From positions 11,842,001 through 11,906,000 of the forward strand of contig OZ024747.1 in assembly GCA_964016885.1 (NCBI GenBank): DNA of 64,000 nucleotides. Reading direction: 5' to 3'. The stretch comes from Eledone cirrhosa (taxonomy: Eukaryota). Of the stretch, positions 56,233-64,000 are shown one piece after another. Under the pieces are notes generated by a model. It was not told the DNA's origin. It worked only from the letters and a program-made list of their open reading frames with translations, and ran no database searches. Numbering within the stretch: position 1 is the stretch's first letter; every line of letters starts with the position of its first letter. The translations under genes and the position numbers were made by a program.

Positions 56233-57222
56233 CAGTAGTGGACTGGCCAGGTTGCCAGGTTGCCAGGGGGCCCACGGTAGCATCGAAAGGGCCCACAGTA
56301 GCATTGCAGGGCCCACTGTAGTATTTTAGGGGCCAATGCTTTGCTTTCAAAAGATACCTGAAGCCTAAGAGAAAGAATAAATTTTAAAAAAAATAAATAA
56401 AACAATTAAACCAAGTATTTAGTCAACCAATTCCCCAGGGAATTAATAGAAACCAAAATAGCTGGAATCAGTGGTTGTACATTTTACTAAATCTAAAGCT
56501 TAGTGTATTCATTCATGCATGCAATGGAACACCCAAATGATTTAGAAGTCGACCTTAAGTCGGAGCAATAACATTAAGAAAGACATGAAGGACACCACAA
56601 CACTTTGTTTTTAAAGTTTTGGAAGTAGGTTTATAAGTATGAATTTTCATAAGAATTTTGAAGTTGTCTCTGTGGCCTATCGGTAGGTACTAGCGACGGT
56701 GAAGATCCTGGCCTGGGGTTCAATCCTGGTTAAGAGGTACATGTAAACTTTTCAGTTTTTATTTTACAACCAATAGAAAAAAACTGAAAAGGTTAACCAG
56801 GAACCCTACCCCAACCAGGATTGAACTTCAGACCAAGATCACCACCGTCTATGATTCCTCCAACTAGGCCACCGAGACAACTACAAAAGTATAATGAAAA
56901 TTGATAATTATAAACGAACTTTCAAAATCAAAGTTAAAAAGATGTGGTGAGGTTCATGGTTTTCCTAGAGCTATTAGTAATATTTAGGGTCGACTTCTGG
57001 TCATTATTGAAAGTCTCTGGATTTCGCAAAATGCATAATATTTTTTATTGGAGAAGGTAAGATATTTTCCCACAAAAATTTGATTGCAGTGTTTTGTTTC
57101 CACTTATGTATTTTTAAAAAATGTTATTTATTCATTATAAAAATTAAATGATAGCATTCTATATGTAGATGGGCCCCCTTCATCTCCTGGCTACCAACAT
57201 TTTTAGACCCAGTCCGCCACTG
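56233..57222. mobile_element. Non-autonomous hAT element (990 bp)
   Basis: TIRs CAGTAGTGGACTGG / CCAGTCCGCCACTG; exact 8-bp TSD TATATAGA on both sides. Confidence 0.85.
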
Positions 57223-57604
57223 TATATAGATATATATGGTAAGAGCTCAGCCGTCAGGTCCCAACATATATATGGGTATGTATATGTATATATATGTATG
57301 TGTGTGTGTTTATATGAAATATGTGAAGGTCGGCACACAGATTTATTTTATCCTTTCATTTTTTTTTTTTTTTTTTTTTCTCCTATTTTTATCTTCTGCA
57401 TTTGGAAAAGGGAGGGGTAATATGTTTAGTGCATATGTGCATAACTGTGCACATTACTGAGACGGAGACCATAAGAATGATGCAACAATCTCTTCCTTAC
57501 ACCACCTGCATGGCCTCAGCCGGATGGCTGAAACAGGTAAAAGAGTAAAAGAGTATACACATATAAAGAAATATATATGTCTTATGTATATGAGTGTATG
57601 TGTA

Positions 57605-57675
<71 letters not shown>

Positions 57676-57709
57676 CATATATATATATATGTGTTTAAAA
57701 ATATATGTG

Positions 57710-57773
<64 letters not shown>

Positions 57774-57776
<3 letters not shown>

Positions 57777-58050
57777 GGTGTTTAAAAAAATTAGATATCA
57801 TTTCAGATGTAAATATCCCAGAAACTACGAAGTCTAAGACAAGACTGAGCAGACTTGTTAATAATAATAATAATAATAATAATGAAATTATTGTGTACAG
57901 TGCTCAGGTGCACTGCAACTCATCAAAGGTGCATGTAATGTTAAGCAACATTAGATATATTCCTCAACATTTGTGAACACTAATTCATACAATATATAGT
58001 GATAGTTTCTGGGATATTTACAGCTCAAATGATCTTTTTGAAACACTCTG
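57774..58050. mobile_element. Tc1/mariner-type MITE
   Basis: TA|CAGGGTGTTT...GTAAATATCCCAGAAACTA pairs with TAGTTTCTGGGATATTTAC...AAACACTCTG. Confidence 0.7.
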
Positions 58051-60198
58051 TGTATATAAAGAAACTGTTTATGGTGATGAATTCAAGAGAAAATATTATG
58101 AAAATAATTATAAAAATAATATAAATATAAATAAAATAAAAAATATAATTGAATATGTATGATTTGGAAAAAATTGTTGCCAAGTAACAGGTATTTCCTT
58201 AAATTTTGGATTGTGGTGGTATATATATATATGTGTGTATGTGTGTGTGCAAGTGTGATTTGTGTTGTGTTTGCACCTTTAAACCTAATTATGTATCATA
58301 TGAAAATAAAGTCTGTATATATATACATATATATATATGTATATATGTATATATTTGATCAAAAGAAATCTTGTTTATTGTCTTTTTCTGTTATTTTAAC
58401 TGTAAAGGGGGTTGCTCCGAAAGTCTAGCTAGAATAAGAGGGGGGGGGGGGGGGGCTGGAAAACGTTTTGGGAGCTACTACCTTTATTGACAACATGGCT
58501 AAAGCAATGAGGTTATCAGGTATAAAGTTACCTTAACACCTCTCTCGATTAAAGGCAGCAGTGCCAGGGTTTGTGGCTAAAGAATACATTAAATTTCATA
58601 CATGAATAAATTATAATTTTAGAATGAAGTAATGCAATGACAGAATATTTTGCAGTATTTGTTCCAACTTTCTGTGAGGTCAACCTTGCCTTTCATCCTT
58701 TTGGAACGAACAATCGACTCTCGTCAAATCGGACCGAGGAAACAATGTTTCCGTTGGTCATAGAAGGAGCAACATGAAATAAAGTGTCTTGCTCAAGGAC
58801 ATAACGCATCGCCCGGTCCAGGAATCGAACTCACAACCTCAAGATTGTGAATCCAATTCTCTAACCACTCAGCCACATGCCTTCATCCTTTACAGACTGA
58901 TAATTAAGTACCAGTGAAGTTCTGGGGGTTGATTACCCCCCCCCCCCCCCTCCCTATCTCTCTCTCTCTCCTTCACTGGAAGAAACCAACCGTATTTCTG
59001 TTTCTCACATATACACACTGGTAATCTCACACACATATATACCGAGGTATACACACACACACACTGGTATATCTCACACACATATATACCGAGGTATACA
59101 CACACACTGGTATATCACACACACATACACACTGAGGTAAACACACACACTGTATATCTCACACACACACACACACTGAGATATATACACACACTATATC
59201 TCACACACACATACACACTGAGATATATACACACACACTGTATATCTTTTTCTCATTATCTAACACACAAACATTGCATCTCTCACACACACTGATATAT
59301 ATACACACATACACATGCATACTATAAGTCTTACTCTTCCACACACATGCACTCACGCAAACACATACACACACTGCCTCACACAAACACATGGACATAC
59401 ACAAACATACACACATACTATATGTCTCTCTTCCACATACAAACACATACACACACTGCCTCACACAAACACCCACACAGCCTCACACATACACACATGT
59501 GCACACATTCAACTGTCACACTTAATACGTATCTGTCTTTTAGTCTCAACATCAATAAATATCTAGAAATACTCCATTGTGATCAAAGATCTGCCTATTG
59601 GCATCCATTTTTCTTTTTTTTTTTATTTCTTCTTCAGATATTTTATGTCATGTTTCTCAGTTAACTTCTTTAAAACTTCAATAAATTAAAGCCTTTTGAT
59701 ACCAAACTATTAGAAACACCCTCTGGTTCTCTGATATAAAACTACCTATTTTAAACTGTTTATATTTATAATAAAACTTTCCATCATAATTTCGTATAAG
59801 AACCTTTGTTAAGTTATGTTCCAAACTTAATAATGACAAAATTAGTTGTTTTACTAAGTTCTTCAACATGTCATTATTTTCAGAATTAATTGAAATACAT
59901 TTATAAAGTATTTCATTAGAAATATGGTACCATTGAATTAACTCTTTTGGTACCAAAACACCTGAAACTGACGCTTGTTCTATGATATAAAACTGTTTAT
60001 ATTTATCTAAAAACATTCCAACATCATATACAATATTGTATACACTGATATCATAACATATATAGAGGTATCATAATATATACACTGATATCATATCATA
60101 TATATCGATATCATAACTTATATCAGATTGGAGGTGGTAAAAACCAGTTAGACCATTATTCACTGGAGTACTCAATACTTGGGGTAGTAGAGTGGGTA

Positions 60199-60320
60199 AT
60201 ATGAAAAAATTCAGGCCCCAAACGGCTGAGCTCCGGCCATTTCAACAGCTAGATACGAACTCGCATCTAGCTGTTGAAGCAGCCAGAGCTCAGCCGTTGG
60301 GGTCCTGAATTTGTTCATAT
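60199..60320. repeat. 122-bp hairpin
   Basis: ATTCAGG..CCC.AACGGCTGAGCTC...TTCAACAGCTAGAT pairs with ATCTAGCTGTTGAA...GAGCTCAGCCGTTGGGG..CCTGAAT. Confidence 0.88.
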
Positions 60321-60451
60321 ATCATAGCTTATATAGAGAGGTATCATATCATATATACTGATATCATAACATATAGAGGTATCATAACATATATAGTGAT
60401 ATCATATCATATATAGTGATATCATAATATATATATTATATATAGAGATAT

Positions 60452-60815
60452 CTTGTAGAGCTAGCCTAGGGTGATAAATACCCAGGTACATGTTGTAGAG
60501 CTAGTCAAGAGTAATAAATACCCAGGTACATATTGTAAAGCTAGGCTAGCGTGTTAAATACCCAGGTACATATCTAGGGCTAGCCTAGAGTAGTAAATAC
60601 CCAGGTACACATTATAGAGCTAGTCTAGGGTGTTAAATACCCAGGTATATATTGTAGAGCTAGCCTAGTGTGTCAACTACTCAGGTACACAGGTACACTA
60701 TGTAGGGTTAGTCTTGGGTGTTAAATACCCAGGTGCATATTATAGTGCTAACATAGGGCACTAAATACCCAGGTACACATTGTAGAGCTAGCCAAGGGCA
60801 GTAAATACACAGGTG
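60452..60815. repeat. 40-bp minisatellite (~9 diverged copies)
   Basis: TAAATACCCAGGTACA at 40-bp spacing (60481, 60521, 60561). Confidence 0.9.
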
Positions 60816-60992
60816 CCAACCCTAATATATATAGTGATATCAGAATGTTTTTGTTGTTGTTTAGCCCCGGTCAGCATCCATGAACACTAACGTCTGATAC
60901 ATCAAACTATTTTTCTCTCTTTCATCTAAAGCATGAAACTAATTGTTTTTCTATCTCCGTGTTTGTCATTTTATATGTTATATATATAATAT

Positions 60993-61278
60993 AATTTTAC
61001 GGGCAAAACCAACTGACAGGAGCCCCAGGGGTAGAGACCGAGCAAGATGGTTGGATAATGTTAATGAGCTCGGCTAGTCTCGGTTAGGGATCCAGCCTGA
61101 TCAGTTGGGGACAGTTGCTTTTGACAGGACCTACTGGAAGGAGTGTTTAAGGACTCTGTCCCCACGACCCTCTCAAGAATAAGTGGGTGAAGATAAAGAA
61201 GAAGAAGAAGAAGAAGAAGAAGAAGAAGAAGAAGAAGAAGAAGAAGAAGAAGAAGAAGAAGAAGAAGAAGAAGAAGAG
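60993..61278 (+). mobile_element. RTE-derived short element with (GAA)n tail
   Basis: Inverted partner at 62418-62653; RTE-like C-terminal peptide (QPDQL..VA.DR..WKE). Confidence 0.7.
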
Positions 61279-61510
61279 ATTCTAGATCAATATAGCTGAA
61301 GTGGTATTTTATTTTATATTTTATCAACCCCAAAAGGATGAAAGGTCCATTTGACTGTGACAGGATCTCAGAGGGGAGCAGAGGGAGTGTAGACAACTAC
61401 CACTAAATATTTTACCTAACACTCTAACATAGGCTCCATAAAACTGAAATCTTGTTTATGGCTAATAGAGCAATGACAGTATACTGTATCTTCAAATATA
61501 TCTATATCTA

Positions 61511-61554
61511 CTGGATGAGGGCTACGTCTTCTCCCTCTTTCTGCCTCACACACA

Positions 61555-61591
<37 letters not shown>

Positions 61592-61882
61592 TCCTTCCCT
61601 CTCTCTCTCTCACTCTAAACAAATGACTTTCCTTTTCTCTCTTTATGTATATCTCTTCCGCTTGGCGCTTCCCCCCGCCCCCTCCCTCTCTCTCTATATA
61701 GATGGGGGCGATGTCATACCTTTCTGTCTATCTAACACTTTCTGTCACCTCGAAAACATACGGTGTCTCTTTTTCTCTTTCAACCTATTTACATATCTCT
61801 CGCTTGGCGCTCCTCCTCTCTATATAAAGTGAGCGTGACGGACGTACGAATAGACGGACAGACAACGCTCTTATAATATAGA
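61511..61882 (-). mobile_element. Probable non-autonomous Helitron
   Basis: Minus-strand 5' end A|TCTATATTATAAGAGCGTTGTCTGTCCGT resembles the other Helitron starts; the 3' end is degenerate. Confidence 0.5.
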
Positions 61883-62307
61883 TTAGCAGTTCCAACAAAA
61901 AGTAAAAGAGTTGAGTCCCTTGGAATAGACGTTAATTTACTGAGGAATTGTCTCCCTTTACTATATCAAGTTATTTTGTGTGAAGAAATTTCTGATATAT
62001 TAGAATATTTCAAAGAGTTGATATTTAAACTTTATTGAGTCAACCTTTTATATTCAATTGTATATACTTACAAATAGGAAAAGAATATATTCTTCCCTCT
62101 TACAGATCTGAAAAAAAACAAGACATTTCTGACGGGTTTCGAGGTCAATTTCGTTGAAAATACAGGAAAAAGGAAAACAAAAATGGGGAAAAAATTTCGA
62201 CCCAAACTCGAGAGAGGTGTTTTTTGTGTAAAAAAAAAAAAAAAAAAAATATAGCCATAAAAGTATATAAGCTATAGCTTATTTTTGTCTCAGTACTGAG
62301 TGTGTAA

Positions 62308-62350
62308 ATGACACTGATGACGGATGAAGATCCAGAAACACGTATTTGGT
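62308..62350 (+). ncRNA. Degenerate hammerhead-like core
   Basis: CTGATGA-CGGAT(GAAG)ATCCA-GAAA-CACG-TA; stem II present, stem I largely unpaired. Confidence 0.4.
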
Positions 62351-62417
62351 GCTCTCACATGGTCCTACTGTAACATGATCACAACTTCAAACATCCATAG
62401 CACAGCTTATCTATGGT

Positions 62418-62653
62418 TCTTCTTCTTCTTCTTCTTCTTCTTCTTCTTCTTCTTCTTCTTCTTCTTCTTCTTCTTTCTCGCTCACTTGTTTCCGAGAGGG
62501 TCTTGGGGACAGAGTCCTCACACACTCCTTCCAGCCGGTCCTGTCAGAAGCAACCATCTCCAACTGATCCGGCTGGATCTCAAGCGAGAGCATCCAGGCT
62601 CATGAATGTTATCCAAACACGGGGTCTACCCAGTTGGTTTTGCCCGTAAAATT
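62418..62653 (-). mobile_element. RTE-derived short element with (GAA)n tail
   Basis: Minus-strand peptide LSLEIQPDQLEMVASDRTGWKECVR; same 5' end AATTTTACGGGCAAAACCAACTG as the 60993 copy. Confidence 0.72.
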
Positions 62654-63826
62654 TGTCCAACGATCCTTTCCTGGGATATTATAACCACATGCTGTAATAT
62701 TGGAGCTGAGATATCTCAATTCGGAGAAGTAGCGGCTCTACCTGGAATGACTCTCTGATCTCTGAGCTACGTATGTTATTATACATAAAATCATATTGTA
62801 TATACTTTCATATACACATCTATTATGAACCACGCTATGTCAGTGCTACTGCTAGGCAGAGACTTGGTGACGTGGTATTGCAACGTTTAAAATCATTTCG
62901 AGAAATAATCTAAGGGAAATAAATCGTGAATGCCTGCTTCTGTATGTCTCACGATTTATCTCCCTTGATCAGTTAATGTGAACTAATTTAACTCAAATTT
63001 TTATTTAAGTGATTTCCCCTTCAATGTATTTCAAATATTGCATGATTTCTATACTTCTAAAGCTTATTTCACGGAATATATTTCCATATATATAAATGTG
63101 ATACACTCTATTAATCTCACCGGTAGTTGTCCAGGGTTCTATCGACTCATAGAATTATAAAACTGTTGTGAACATGTAATGGTAAAACTGTTGCTTTAAC
63201 CAGATTCAGAAAGACTATTATTTAGAGCGTCGGACACCATGCTTTGCAGCATAGAATTACGGCCCTTTGCGTTCTGAGTTTAAATCCCACCGAGGTTAGC
63301 TTTGCTTTTCAACCTTACGGAGTCGATAAAATAAAGTACCAGTAACGCACTGGGGCGATTTAATCGACTTTCCTCTCCCCAAAAATTGCTGGCCTTGTGC
63401 TTAAATCAGACACCATTATTTTACTAGTTTTAGTCACTGGACTACGACCATGCTGGGGCACCATCTTATAGAAATTTAATCTATCATATAGACACAGTAC
63501 TTTTTTTTAAAGTCTAGTTCTTATATTATATCGATCGTGTTTTGTCGAACCGCTATGTTTAGGGTCATATAAAGCAGTATGTATATATAAGAAAAGTATT
63601 ATTGCATTTATATTTTAATATCATATAACAAATATATACGATTAAATAGAAGTACATACTTATGAATATAATACAAAAAGAGATGGAGAGAGAATTGTAA
63701 TTATTTTAAGATAACTGTAATGTTTCGTATGAAACACACATATTCACACGCACACACACGCGCGCACGCATGTATATATGCATATATATGTGTGTGTGTG
63801 TGTGTATGTGTGTGTGTGTGTGTTTG

Positions 63827-63927
63827 TAGGGTGTCCCCCCAAAATGTATGCACACTTTGATTACCTGTACAGGCAATATTTATTAGAATACTGCTGAAGT
63901 CTGTATACATTTTTGGGGGACATCCTA
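63827..63927. mobile_element. Small Tc1/mariner-type MITE
   Basis: TAGGGTGTCCCCCCAAAATGTATGCACACT / AGTCTGTATACATTTTTGGGGGACATCCTA TIRs. Confidence 0.75.
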
Positions 63928-64000
63928 TATATAGTAGAAAACACTTACCCAAAGTGCCAAGCTGTGGAATTGAAACCGAAACTCGTGGTTGCGTAGCGAA

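Overview
AT-rich, microsatellite-saturated animal genomic DNA. The repeat landscape and gene are typical of a coleoid cephalopod such as octopus; this is inference. The only host gene I can support is the 3' ~80% of a + strand PLP-dependent group II decarboxylase, best called histidine decarboxylase (HDC). It has nine GT-AG exons (16826-40010) that join in frame to about 600 aa, and its 5' exons are not recognisable in the window. Almost every ORF in the supplied track is a simple-repeat artefact. The rest of the window is tRNA-derived SINEs, RTE and Tx1/L1-like LINE fragments, Helitrons, piggyBac-, Tc1/mariner- and hAT-type MITEs, and large minisatellites, including a ~7.3 kb array starting ~150 bp after the HDC stop codon. 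The most notable unannotated signal is a set of minimal type I hammerhead ribozyme motifs of the Penelope-associated kind. One intact-looking copy sits inside a 366-bp palindrome downstream of HDC, and a three-copy family with covarying stem II lies antisense within the gene region. Several long inverted repeats around HDC exons could form dsRNA relevant to A-to-I editing or back-splicing.
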